A DNA stretch of 55,286 nt from a virus (taxonomy: Duplodnaviria; Caudoviricetes), in IMG/VR virus record IMGVR_UViG_3300013099_000024, positions 1-55,286 of that record. One strand, written 5' to 3'. The notes below the pieces were generated by a model, which saw only the letters and a list, made by a program, of their open reading frames with translations, had not been told where the DNA came from and ran no database searches. Shown piece by piece: positions 29,173 through 38,402 of the stretch (positions are counted from its first letter, which is position 1; each line of letters starts with the position of its first letter). Position numbers and translations under genes: made by a program.

Positions 29173-31420
29173 CTTCCCACGACAAGCCTAACGCCTCGAT
29201 TAGGGGCTTGAACTTATGTACAATGGTCTTTTCCTTCATCATCTCCCAATCCACCTCGAAATCATCTGGCAACTTTTCCACATCCTCTGTGATACATAAC
29301 CTCTTCACTGGCCTCTTCAAATACAACAACCTCGGCTTTCTGTCCTGTCGGAACCTTAATCCCAGCAACTGCTGAGCATTTCTGATACCCACAATCCATG
29401 CCGACTCCGATTTGTAGTCCTCCAAATCCCTCGTCACACCCTTCGGAATGGCTACCTTCTGCAATGGCAGACGGTCAAATGTCCTCAAAGTCTTGCGGAT
29501 GAGTCTGCCCGCAGCATCGATATCACCTTGCTTGAGTACCAGCTCCAAGAACCTTCCCATCAACTCTTTCGTAATCTCTGCGACGTCCGACCTTCTTGTC
29601 TCCATACCAACGATCTTTATCTCGTCGACTTCGTGACCATCCTCCCAGATCAGCCAGCCTGCATAGCGTTTCTTCGCGGCTTCCTCGCTGCCGATCTTGC
29701 GCTTGAACATGATGCGGCGGAACAGTTTTTCGAATTTGATGCGAGGAGGAATTTTTGCATCGACATTTTGAGCCCATTCCTGAAGACGTTCATTGAAGTA
29801 GTCTTGTAATTCTAAGCCTTGCTCAGGAGTTTTCACACCTTTCACAAAGATGCTGTCGGTATCCCCATAGATTGCGGTGTATCCTTTTTCTCTCGCACAT
29901 CGTTGCAGAAACATGTTAATTTCCCTTCCCTTCGTCGTAATAAACTCTGCATGCTCCCTACTATATAACCTAAATCCTGACCATCCCAGTACCCCATAGA
30001 ATGAGTTCGCAAGGAACTTCAATACCACCTCCTTCATCTTGGTCACTTCGTCGGCCTTCCCTTCTAATCTCAACTTCCTTAGCCTCTCACGTTCCTGTAG
30101 CACCGTCGTTATGACCTTCGGAATCATCTTATCGACATCAGGACTTACATCAAAAGCCATGATTATCGACGGATATAGTGACGCGAGGTCAAAGACACCC
30201 ACCCACTCATGCACACCTAATGGAGGCTGCAAAACCAACGCACCAGTATAGCGGTCTTCTTCATCTATCCGATCATAGCGTCTCGTAGGCATCGGCTTTA
30301 TCCCTGCACGCATCAACAGCATCTCGATGATTTTGCTGTTCTTCATCGTATCTTCCAACTTGCACCCAACGACGAACCGTATGTACTCATAGAACTCGAA
30401 CAATCCGATCGCCTGATCGATTGCCCTCAACGCCAAGACATCATTCTTACAATAATCAATCAACGTCTCCCAATCTTGTTCTCGATACAACCGATCAATG
30501 CTGTCACCATAGTCCTCATACTCAAATCCCGCAAATTTCTTGGCAACGAACTTCAAATCATAAGTCTCCAACTCACCCTTCGCCTTATGCCATTTCTTGA
30601 ATGCTTCCAACATATCCACACACTGCCTGCCCACAATCCTCACCGTCCATCCTCCTGCACGCAACTGATTGGCTCTCGGATAACTTCTTCCAGGCAACCT
30701 TGTCAGCTTGTCCAATGGCACTGCTAAAATCCGTGCACGATTGATGAGATAAGGCAAGTCGAAGCCTGAACTAAACCACCCTGTCAAGACGTCCGGATCT
30801 ACCCTCTGCACATAGTCTGCAAACCTCAGTAGAAGCTCACGTTCCGTTTGACAACTAACAACTGCGTCATCCGCTTGCGAAGGGACATCCAGCGCGAACA
30901 CCTTCAGTTCTCCCGTATAGCTGTCCAACGTCTGGATCGCCACAATTGGCCATTCTGGTTTCTCGGGTTTAGCCATCACTTCCTCTGGGCTCCTCACCTC
31001 GATATCCAGATACATGATCCTTGGCTGTAGTGGCTTGTCCACCTCGACTGGCCGCACTTCGTCATCGAACGCATACTTGATACCTGCATCGACCACAAAA
31101 CGCACATCAAACAGAATGTCGGCCTCATCTGTCCACTCGAAGTGTTTCCTCACCTTCGGGACATCCGATGGTAGGTTCACAATGATCTTCTTAACCTTCC
31201 TCCCTAACGCATCCGTGTAAGGACCCCCGACACTCTGGATTTCTGGGAGCTTAGGCACCTCGGCATTAATGTTGACGTAAAAATAAGGATTAAAGCCTTT
31301 CACTGCAATCGTCTGAGTTTTCATCGGATCATCATAGTCCCTCCCAAACAGCACTACTCTTGGTCTTCCATCAAAACCCTTGATCCACGTTCCATCAATC
31401 CACACATACCTGGACTTCAT
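29132..31420 (-). CDS. polB: Family B DNA polymerase
   Basis: DIE, FDLPYL, YCKND, DLASLYPS, KFLANSFYG, YGDTDS; start probably 31420. Confidence 0.97.
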   Translation of the reverse strand: MKSRYVWIDGTWIKGFDGRPRVVLFGRDYDDPMKTQTIAVKGFNPYFYVNINAEVPKLPEIQSVGGPYTDALGRKVKKIIVNLPSDVPKVRKHFEWTDEADILFDVRFVVDAGIKYAFDDEVRPVEVDKPLQPRIMYLDIEVRSPEEVMAKPEKPEWPIVAIQTLDSYTGELKVFALDVPSQADDAVVSCQTERELLLRFADYVQRVDPDVLTGWFSSGFDLPYLINRARILAVPLDKLTRLPGRSYPRANQLRAGGWTVRIVGRQCVDMLEAFKKWHKAKGELETYDLKFVAKKFAGFEYEDYGDSIDRLYREQDWETLIDYCKNDVLALRAIDQAIGLFEFYEYIRFVVGCKLEDTMKNSKIIEMLLMRAGIKPMPTRRYDRIDEEDRYTGALVLQPPLGVHEWVGVFDLASLYPSIIMAFDVSPDVDKMIPKVITTVLQERERLRKLRLEGKADEVTKMKEVVLKFLANSFYGVLGWSGFRLYSREHAEFITTKGREINMFLQRCAREKGYTAIYGDTDSIFVKGVKTPEQGLELQDYFNERLQEWAQNVDAKIPPRIKFEKLFRRIMFKRKIGSEEAAKKRYAGWLIWEDGHEVDEIKIVGMETRRSDVAEITKELMGRFLELVLKQGDIDAAGRLIRKTLRTFDRLPLQKVAIPKGVTRDLEDYKSESAWIVGIRNAQQLLGLRFRQDRKPRLLYLKRPVKRLCITEDVEKLPDDFEVDWEMMKEKTIVHKFKPLIEALGLSWEVVVEGQTTLDSWW

Positions 31421-31492
31421 AACACAATCTCTTCGGACATTCCTCTGGATCCCAATCGTCACACAAACCCTTGGCTGCTGCACGACAAATCC

Positions 31493-32221
31493 TCATGGTC
31501 CACACCACTTGAGGATTGTTTCTACATTCTTCCTCGCTAACCTCCTAACACGTTCGTCGAAGGCTTCTCCCAGAAGATTGACTCGCTTCACTCTCTTGAT
31601 GATCAAATTGTGTTCCAAATCCAATCCATGTACAGCCGCCGTAAATGGCATGCTGGTGTCGAACGATTCTACGAAACCTTGTAGCTCCTTAAGTTCAAGT
31701 AGACAATCCAGACCTAGGGCATGCCAATATTTCTCACGCGTTTCAGGTATTACTTCCTTAAACCACTTAACTACACCTGCTCTGCACCAACCCTTGCGAT
31801 ACATCCAAATAGGCACTGCATATGCGTCGACATACGGATCGACCTTCTCAGCGAAGTCTGGTAGCACTGCAATCGTTTCGCCTTGGAGGACTACCATCAC
31901 CTCATATGGTTTTGTTCCCGAGTACTTCTTCACAAACTCTCTCACAGCTTGCACTGTTCCTATACTACTCTTCATGACTTCTGGCGCCACAACAAACACT
32001 CTTTCGCCGCTGATCTGCCTACCAATCGCATCCAACTCTGCCTCCGTTACAGGAGCACCTTCGTAGATACCATTGTCCACGATCACAATCTCCCAGTCGT
32101 GTTCGAGATAGAACCTCCGGTACTTCTCATGTGGCCAATACTGTGCAAGGACGAAGGCATATGGGATGTCTTCGATGAGATCAAAGAAGTCCAACGGACT
32201 GATAGGATGATAGTGAATCAT
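31493..32221 (-). CDS. TGT-fold transglycosylase (DpdA-like)
   Basis: IVDNG, VVLQG, WHALG, SFDTS match TGT/DpdA barrel motifs; que gene context. Confidence 0.65.
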   Translation of the reverse strand: MIHYHPISPLDFFDLIEDIPYAFVLAQYWPHEKYRRFYLEHDWEIVIVDNGIYEGAPVTEAELDAIGRQISGERVFVVAPEVMKSSIGTVQAVREFVKKYSGTKPYEVMVVLQGETIAVLPDFAEKVDPYVDAYAVPIWMYRKGWCRAGVVKWFKEVIPETREKYWHALGLDCLLELKELQGFVESFDTSMPFTAAVHGLDLEHNLIIKRVKRVNLLGEAFDERVRRLARKNVETILKWCGP

Positions 32222-32270
32222 CCTCCTTCACACCTCCACGTATGCATATAGGGGACAATATCCATCAAAC

Positions 32271-32768
32271 CTACACTCCTTGGTCTGCAGATCCTTGTGA
32301 ATACAGTTCTCGTTTCTGTAACAGATCTTCCTTCTCACGGCTCGTCACCTCGACATACCGCATGTCACTGATGATGATCTTTGGTCTTTCTACCACATCA
32401 AACACCCCTCTCCTTTCATCGACAACGCACTGCTGACCTTTGATGTCAATCGTCAGCACATCATCATGATCATGACCTAACCGTCTCACTGGAATACGAA
32501 TAGTTGCACCATCGGAAGTTTCGTGGATCTCCATCTTCCTATTGGCAACGTCATACCATCTTTCTGCCAACCTTAGGCCGTATGCCAGTAGGTCTATGAG
32601 GTCGTCGAACTGTTTCGCGATGTGTTGGCCATGTTTGATTCGCAGAAGTTTCATGTGCATTACGGCAATTAATTCGTCATCTTCCATCACATCAATGGGT
32701 TCTACATCATACAATCCTCTGCGTTGCTGCAGAGTTTTCTTCACTAACTCAATCACATCCTCAACCAC
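32271..32768 (-). CDS. MazG-like / nucleotide-modification-associated helical domain protein
   Basis: RRGLY..KLLRI..DDLIDLLAYG resembles DUF1599/DUF6378. Confidence 0.45.
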   Translation of the reverse strand: MVEDVIELVKKTLQQRRGLYDVEPIDVMEDDELIAVMHMKLLRIKHGQHIAKQFDDLIDLLAYGLRLAERWYDVANRKMEIHETSDGATIRIPVRRLGHDHDDVLTIDIKGQQCVVDERRGVFDVVERPKIIISDMRYVEVTSREKEDLLQKRELYSQGSADQGV

Positions 32769-32774
32769 TCACTC

Positions 32775-33418
32775 TCACCTCCTCCACAACGGGTCCTCTA
32801 TTCTAGCCATCTCAAAGGCCATCTTCCTCTCAACACATGCGGAACACTTACCACAGGGTTTGCGTTGACCTTCATAACATGTCCATGTTTTCTCGAATGG
32901 AACACCCAGTTTGTGGCCGATGGCAACAATGTCGGCCTTCGACTTATACAAAAATGGGGTATGAATCACTGGTTCTTGCAGATCGTTGCCTATCATCAAC
33001 GCCAAATTCAATGCCTGATAGAATTCAGGTCGACAGTCAGGATAAGTCTCCCAATCATTTCGATGTGTAGCAATATATACTCTGTAGATATGACGACTCA
33101 GTGCATAACCTACCGCAATCGACAATAGAATCATATTCCTATTCGGCACGACGGTAGATCCTTGACCATTGACCAACAGAGACGATGACTGGAACACAGT
33201 CTTCGGCAACTTTATGACTTCATGCTCAAATCCCAACTGCTTGGCTACCCATTCTGCGCATCTGAGCTCCTTCCTGGCCTTCTGACCGTAGTCGAACGTC
33301 AGAGCAATCGCACTGTAGCCTCGATTCTTCAGCCAATAGGCCAACACTGTGCTGTCCAAGCCTCCAGATAGTAGCATCACGGCATCATATTTGGGGTATG
33401 TAGATGTGTCGTCAGTCA
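32775..33418 (-). CDS. queC: 7-cyano-7-deazaguanine synthase (canonical)
   Basis: SGGLDST, FDYGQ, VPNRN, YPDCRPEF, TCY..CGKCSAC. Confidence 0.95.
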
Positions 33419-34228
33419 TAAGACTTTCACCTTTGCTTTCTCCTCGACAAACTTCACCAATTTGTCCCACGTACAATCGACTATTGTGCCACTAATATTC
33501 CAGGCCCTGCACTTCACAATCGTAAACTGTCTCACTGGTGTTGTCTTACCAGGCGGTATCATCACCTCAGCCTTCATCACAATGTCCAACCAATGCTCCG
33601 TATCTTTCTGCCAGCGACTCCTATAGCGACCGGTAGGCGTACCATCTTCGGTAAACACCTCCTGTACCTTCCCGGTTAATACGACATGCCACTTCGATCT
33701 CAACAGCTTGTAGATCATCTGTAAATACCTCTTATTTGCCCTTCCCCACTCGAACCGTGGTACTTCCCCACTTTTCGTCCTGCGCCTAGCACCTTCTTCC
33801 TCCAACCAGACTCCGATCCACTGCCAAATATCAGACGCCGAATCGATGACGATCGTTCCTCTCACATCCGAGTGATCCTGGACATACTTGACGACTGCCT
33901 TCAGTGCCTTCTCAACCTCCTCCAACGACTGTATCGGATCAGGTTCCATGGTCTCAGGATCAAGCTGTAGAGCCTCAAAGATGTAGACCTTATCCCTTTC
34001 CTCTGGGGGTACAGCATTGTCGACTACTAAGCGACTGCCAAACTCAGTGTCAATAACGAAAATCGGTTTGGGAGCCGTCAGTGCGAAGTGGCTTTTACCA
34101 GAACCAGGCAAGCCGTACACACCCACCTTTAGGCCTTCGACTGGAGGCAATTCTGTTGATGGCTTGAAGAACTCATCAACATTCGGGACTTCTAACTCCT
34201 CCTTCTTATTCCATGCCACTAACCTCAC
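33416..34228 (-). CDS. Sak4-like AAA ATPase
   Basis: GLPGSGKS, IDTEFG, IVIDS. Confidence 0.75.
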   Translation of the reverse strand: MRLVAWNKKEELEVPNVDEFFKPSTELPPVEGLKVGVYGLPGSGKSHFALTAPKPIFVIDTEFGSRLVVDNAVPPEERDKVYIFEALQLDPETMEPDPIQSLEEVEKALKAVVKYVQDHSDVRGTIVIDSASDIWQWIGVWLEEEGARRRTKSGEVPRFEWGRANKRYLQMIYKLLRSKWHVVLTGKVQEVFTEDGTPTGRYRSRWQKDTEHWLDIVMKAEVMIPPGKTTPVRQFTIVKCRAWNISGTIVDCTWDKLVKFVEEKAKVKVL

Positions 34229-34904
34229 CTCTCAACACAATTTCGTAATCATTTATGCCTTCTACCCCAACCTTCTTACCTAACACCTCTCTCTCAACAC
34301 ACGCCTGACACTGTTTACAGGGCCTAACAACATTCTCATCAACAATTGGCTCATAACACGTAAGTGTCTTCCTCCAATCCACACCCAACTCCAATGCTCT
34401 CCTAACAATCTGCGCTTTATCCCATTCGACGAACGGCACATAGACCTTGATGTTTGTCGTATAGTTGTGATTTAACAACATCTGCAATGACTCTGCGAAC
34501 CAAGGCGTTATATCCCAGTATTCGCGGTATGTCGTGTGTCGGTGGATAGCTAATCCGATGTAGATCTCGTTGAGATCATTCTCGATTGCAAAGAACTCCG
34601 CGTACACTGCGAGATAGACTGCGAACAGCAAATTCCTACTCGGAAAATACTGCGTGAGACCGTAGCGTTCATCCATCTTCTGTTTGACTACCTTCCTACT
34701 TGGCACATGATCCCTCAGATCCACAACGATGGGTTCGAGGTCTAATGCCTCATAGTGTAGTTCCTTACAGATCTGAGCCTCCAGTAGGCTGCGTTTTGAA
34801 TACACGAAGTTGACGGGATGAACTACGAAACCCTCTTCCAGTGCATGATACAGTAGTGTCGTGCTGTCTAAACCTCCACTGTGAGCCAAAAATAGGTGTT
34901 TCAT
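34206..34904 (-). CDS. QueC paralog 2 (divergent)
   Basis: SGGLDST, FPSRN, YWDI replacing YPDC, TCY..CKQCQAC. Confidence 0.85.
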   Translation of the reverse strand: MKHLFLAHSGGLDSTTLLYHALEEGFVVHPVNFVYSKRSLLEAQICKELHYEALDLEPIVVDLRDHVPSRKVVKQKMDERYGLTQYFPSRNLLFAVYLAVYAEFFAIENDLNEIYIGLAIHRHTTYREYWDITPWFAESLQMLLNHNYTTNIKVYVPFVEWDKAQIVRRALELGVDWRKTLTCYEPIVDENVVRPCKQCQACVEREVLGKKVGVEGINDYEIVLRGEVSGME

Positions 34905-35281
34905 TGATCCTGTCCTCCTCGAAACACCTTCAGAGCTAATCTCTGTGCCTCCAAGACGGCCTCTCTCTCATCCCAGGTGTTGATACATACCAATAGATTG
35001 CCATTCACATCGAAATCTGGCTTTTCTACCGTCCAAGGTGGATGTTTGGTGACCCATCGTTCAGCTTCAAGAGCATTGAAATTCCTACCCATCCTGACGA
35101 AGGTCCACTGAAATTGGCGTTCATCAGGATCCAGTTCGTATTCTTCTACATTGAATACCTCATCGGGTTCCACTTCTCTGAACTTTTGGCAGACCTCTTG
35201 TGCCTTTGTCTTATCACTGTAAATAGCTATGATGTGATATTCGTCATATTCCCCTCTACTGATGGCGTAAACTTTCATCAT
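34901..35281 (-). CDS. Conserved viral hypothetical protein
   Basis: KVYAISRGEYDEYHIIAIYSDK..A..VEEYELD, a common phage N-terminal motif. Confidence 0.6.
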   Translation of the reverse strand: MMKVYAISRGEYDEYHIIAIYSDKTKAQEVCQKFREVEPDEVFNVEEYELDPDERQFQWTFVRMGRNFNALEAERWVTKHPPWTVEKPDFDVNGNLLVCINTWDEREAVLEAQRLALKVFRGGQDQ

Positions 35282-35396
35282 TAATCCTCTCCCATAACAG
35301 TTCGATCTCTCTCGCTAATTGTACCAACACCATACAAGGTTGACCTCGACAATGACTACACACATTTGCTCGACCATCTCGACTAACCCACCCACG

Positions 35397-35864
35397 TCAG
35401 TCATCCTCCTTAAGCCAATGATACAACCTTCTCAACCACTTCACCGTATGCTTCTCCAAGTGCTGCTCCGAGAAGAACTTCGTCACGTCAACTATCACGA
35501 CCCCCGATTCCAATGCATATAAACACTCTTCTGTTGCAACGACGTTATACGATTGCCAATCAATCGCGATCTGCGTAATCGACAGCGGAAACCTTGCAAA
35601 CAGCTCCTCGATCGTCTTTGCTTCTGTGTAGACAACCTGCACACCTGGTTCGTCAATAATCGTATATTCGTATTCGCTCTGACTACCTAGAATGAAGACA
35701 TCTACATCCGTATGAAACGCCCTACCTGTGTAGAAGGCTAATGCTGCACCACCTGCAATGACTTTCTTGCCTTCAAGCTGGTTGATTCTGTCCACAACGT
35801 CCTTACCGAAGAACCGTTCAACCTCCTCGCTTGCGACCTGCTTCAGAACTCGTGTTCTTCCCAT
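35397..35864 (-). CDS. Pol-beta superfamily nucleotidyltransferase
   Basis: IAGGAA..DVDVFI..FPLSITQIA; start MGRT at 35864. Confidence 0.7.
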   Translation of the reverse strand: MGRTRVLKQVASEEVERFFGKDVVDRINQLEGKKVIAGGAALAFYTGRAFHTDVDVFILGSQSEYEYTIIDEPGVQVVYTEAKTIEELFARFPLSITQIAIDWQSYNVVATEECLYALESGVVIVDVTKFFSEQHLEKHTVKWLRRLYHWLKEDD

Positions 35865-35901
35865 TGTATCACCAAACAAAAAAAAAAGGAAGAGAAAGTC
35901 T

Positions 35902-36891
35902 TCAACCCCACAGCACTTCATCCAGCTGCTCCATGACATCCGCATACGTCATAGTCTCCGGATTGAGTATAGCACCAAACGCATTGAGGATGACTCTCGT
36001 CTCCTCTTCGTTGACATTCACTGTCGTCCTACCAAACGCAATGACTTCCACACCCACGCTCACTGGACCACTGATTACTGCTGGATTGGCGAACACAGGC
36101 ACTCCGTCACCTGTTGGTTCGTCGAGATCGTCAATCACCATGAGGTTGTTGCCAGTAGAAGTCTCAGTGACATAAGTTACCACACCCTTGATGGCTGCGA
36201 TCCTTGCTGGGTTGTTTGCGTGTTCTTCATGCCAATCCAGAAGGCTGTTGATGTCCACAGCATAGTCCTCTAGCACATTGTAGGCAACCTGCCAGAGTTC
36301 CTTGTCGCCTATGTTCCCTTCCTTAGCAAACGGCCTAATTCTGCTGAGCGCAATCACATTCTCGCTCCTCGGATTGCCAGCGAACACATAGACTCCACCA
36401 ACCTCTGGTTCTTCCTTGATGTTACCGTAGACTTGCACAAACTTGCCGTCGACAGCCATGAAGACGTCTCTCCTCCAGATCTCAGGCACCGGCTTACCGA
36501 AGTTTGGATTCGGATCACCAGACGGCAATGTCGGCCTGTTGTCAATCGGTATTACCTTATCGCCCTCGATCCTCACGAGGCCTTCCGCAATCGCCTTCTG
36601 TGGATCCGATTCGTAATCTGCCAAAATGGATTGCTTAATACCAGCCAGCATATCCCTGTATTCGTTGAATCCCAAGCAAATGCCCTTGAAGATCTTGGCT
36701 CCTGATCTCTTGGCGACCTGGATGTATTGTTTCACCTTCAGCCTCACTATCGCCCAGATCTTGTCCTCGGTGTCTTGCGGCCTAATTTGTTTGACGGTAT
36801 TGTAGAGGGTAGTAACTTTCTTCTCTGCTTCAGCTTGCTCCACTCCAGCATCTACCAACATCTTAACTAACTCGTTCTTCATTCTCATCAC
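35902..36891 (-). CDS. OB-fold ssDNA-binding (RPA-like) protein
   Basis: IKGVVT..LMVIDD..VIAFGR..LNAFG; acidic C-terminus; replication context. Confidence 0.55.
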   Translation of the reverse strand: MMRMKNELVKMLVDAGVEQAEAEKKVTTLYNTVKQIRPQDTEDKIWAIVRLKVKQYIQVAKRSGAKIFKGICLGFNEYRDMLAGIKQSILADYESDPQKAIAEGLVRIEGDKVIPIDNRPTLPSGDPNPNFGKPVPEIWRRDVFMAVDGKFVQVYGNIKEEPEVGGVYVFAGNPRSENVIALSRIRPFAKEGNIGDKELWQVAYNVLEDYAVDINSLLDWHEEHANNPARIAAIKGVVTYVTETSTGNNLMVIDDLDEPTGDGVPVFANPAVISGPVSVGVEVIAFGRTTVNVNEEETRVILNAFGAILNPETMTYADVMEQLDEVLWG

Positions 36892-36945
36892 CTCCTACTA
36901 ACCATGTTTCACACACTCTGCGGAAAAAGCAAATGGTTAACCAAT

Positions 36946-37176
36946 TCACTTCCTCACCAGGAAGATCCTATCTCCTCTCTTCACAACCTTCACACCATCA
37001 ACCTTCTTACACACCTTCAGTAGTTGCTGATAGACCGTCTGAGGCTTAGCCTTAAACCCAGTTACTTCGGCTTGCGCCAGCTTAGCTTCCATAAACTTTT
37101 GCACAATCTCCTCATACTGCTTGCTCCTTCCCTTGACCTCCTTCTTTGGAAGCTCATCTACCTTCTTCAACTCCAT
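36946..37176 (-). CDS. Small basic DNA-binding protein
   Basis: Lys-rich; GGAGGTGA RBS before ATG 37176. Confidence 0.6.
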   Translation of the reverse strand: MELKKVDELPKKEVKGRSKQYEEIVQKFMEAKLAQAEVTGFKAKPQTVYQQLLKVCKKVDGVKVVKRGDRIFLVRK

Positions 37177-37299
37177 ACTATCACCTCCTTCAAATCGAAC
37201 CATCTCCCACATTCTGGACACTCAACTTCTACATCAAAACCTCTTCTCAACATACACCCACCGACCACAGAATGGACATTCCACCTCAATCTCGACCAC
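37167..37299 (-). CDS. Double CxxC zinc-ribbon microprotein split by a +1 frameshift
   Basis: MVEIEVECPFCGRWVYVEKRF-stop then +1 frame DVEVECPECGRWFDL; junction TTT TGA. Confidence 0.5.
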
Positions 37300-37307
37300 A
37301 ATCTCAC

Positions 37308-37433
37308 CTCCCTCAGGACTCCTCCACTCGTAGGAGGCGTCGGCTACAAGCAAGCCGACGGGTGCCGGAAAATCAGTTGATGTATTGCAGTCAACGGTAC
37401 ACCCTCCCTACGAGCGCTTAAGGCTTGAGGGAG
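37308..37433 (-). ncRNA. BHB-bounded structured RNA (predicted 99-nt excised RNA, 37417-37319)
   Basis: Nested complementary stems and a 3-4-3 bulge-helix-bulge; fills the intergenic gap exactly. Confidence 0.65.
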
Positions 37434-37434
37434 A

Positions 37435-37569
37435 CTAATCGTAGCTGCATACGATTGTATGGTCACCAACATTCGCATGGATATACTTACACTCCGAACA
37501 GACACTTATGGGTACGAACGCTTTGTGTAATGTACATTCTACATAGCCTACAACCTTCAAGCGCCTCAT
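37435..37569 (-). CDS. 44-aa Cys/His microprotein (not in ORF track)
   Basis: MRRLKVVGYVECTLH..CSECKY..IVCSYD; AGGTGA RBS; ATGA overlap. Confidence 0.55.
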   Translation of the reverse strand: MRRLKVVGYVECTLHKAFVPISVCSECKYIHANVGDHTIVCSYD

Positions 37570-37886
37570 TTTCTCACCTTAAACCATCCACCGCTCATTT
37601 GTTCGAAAACATCATCCAATGACTTCAACACACCCATCAGTTCTCGTCTCCCGAAAAACATCCTATGACCCCAATCGACTCTCACCAAGTGACCTTCTCT
37701 CATCAGCCGATTGAGATAATATCTCACCAACCGATGCTTTTCAGGAATACCCAACCATTCGGCGACATCAGTAGCTTCATACAATAGATCCAAATCAAAC
37801 CTACTTAGGCATACATATAGGACTACCCAACGATTGAATCGTTTAGACATCGAACTCCACAACGTCCTCAATCTGTGCTCTCTCAA
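37566..37886 (-). CDS. Winged-helix DNA-binding protein
   Basis: ATDVAEWLG..VRYYLNRLMREGHLVRV; start probably 37850. Confidence 0.6.
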   Translation of the reverse strand: MREHRLRTLWSSMSKRFNRWVVLYVCLSRFDLDLLYEATDVAEWLGIPEKHRLVRYYLNRLMREGHLVRVDWGHRMFFGRRELMGVLKSLDDVFEQMSGGWFKVRK

Positions 37887-38373
37887 AGGCTTCCTTGCGT
37901 CTTAGACACGATGAACATCGTCCACAATGAACGTCCCATCCCTTCTCGCAGCTGTAGGTCAACTCGAATGGCACATTCAGTTGTTGTCCCAATCTCACCA
38001 CATCAACTGCTGACATCCCTGACAATGGCGTTTCGACAGTAGTCCTGAAGACTTCTCTCGCCACATCGCTGTATGCCTTACCATCTCCATAACAGCCGAC
38101 ATACACCTTACCATCAGGCATTGCACGATCGATGCCAATTGCCATCAACACACCAGGAACGAACCTCTCGATTGGAGGCATGATGACTACAATCTCAGTG
38201 ACAACGTCATAGTACTCTCTCAGTGCTACAATGGATTCTCTCTCACGCTCTGCAGTTCTCTGACCGTAGTTCACCCAAACAGCCAGGATATTGTCACGAC
38301 CATATTCCTCGATCATCTTTGCTAACAACACTGTACTACCGATGCCTCCATTGAACAAAATCACATGGCGCAT
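37843..38373 (-). CDS. QueC paralog 3 (degenerate)
   Basis: NGGIGST instead of SGGLDS, VNYGQ, TYSC..CGRCSSC; central region shortened. Confidence 0.8.
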   Translation of the reverse strand: MRHVILFNGGIGSTVLLAKMIEEYGRDNILAVWVNYGQRTAERERESIVALREYYDVVTEIVVIMPPIERFVPGVLMAIGIDRAMPDGKVYVGCYGDGKAYSDVAREVFRTTVETPLSGMSAVDVVRLGQQLNVPFELTYSCEKGWDVHCGRCSSCLRRKEAFERAQIEDVVEFDV

Positions 38374-38402
38374 GACGATTGCACCTCAAAAAATAGGAGT
38401 AA

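Noticed and set aside
36899-36940. taaccat/atggtta inverted repeat upstream of the SSB gene
   Set aside because: Only 7 bp with a weak interior; too little support for a structured RNA
37308-37433. Intron-containing tRNA (the spliced loop CCUUAAU would read UUA)
   Set aside because: No D arm, T arm or acceptor stem, and C at the U33-equivalent position; any BHB splice leaves a 7-nt loop
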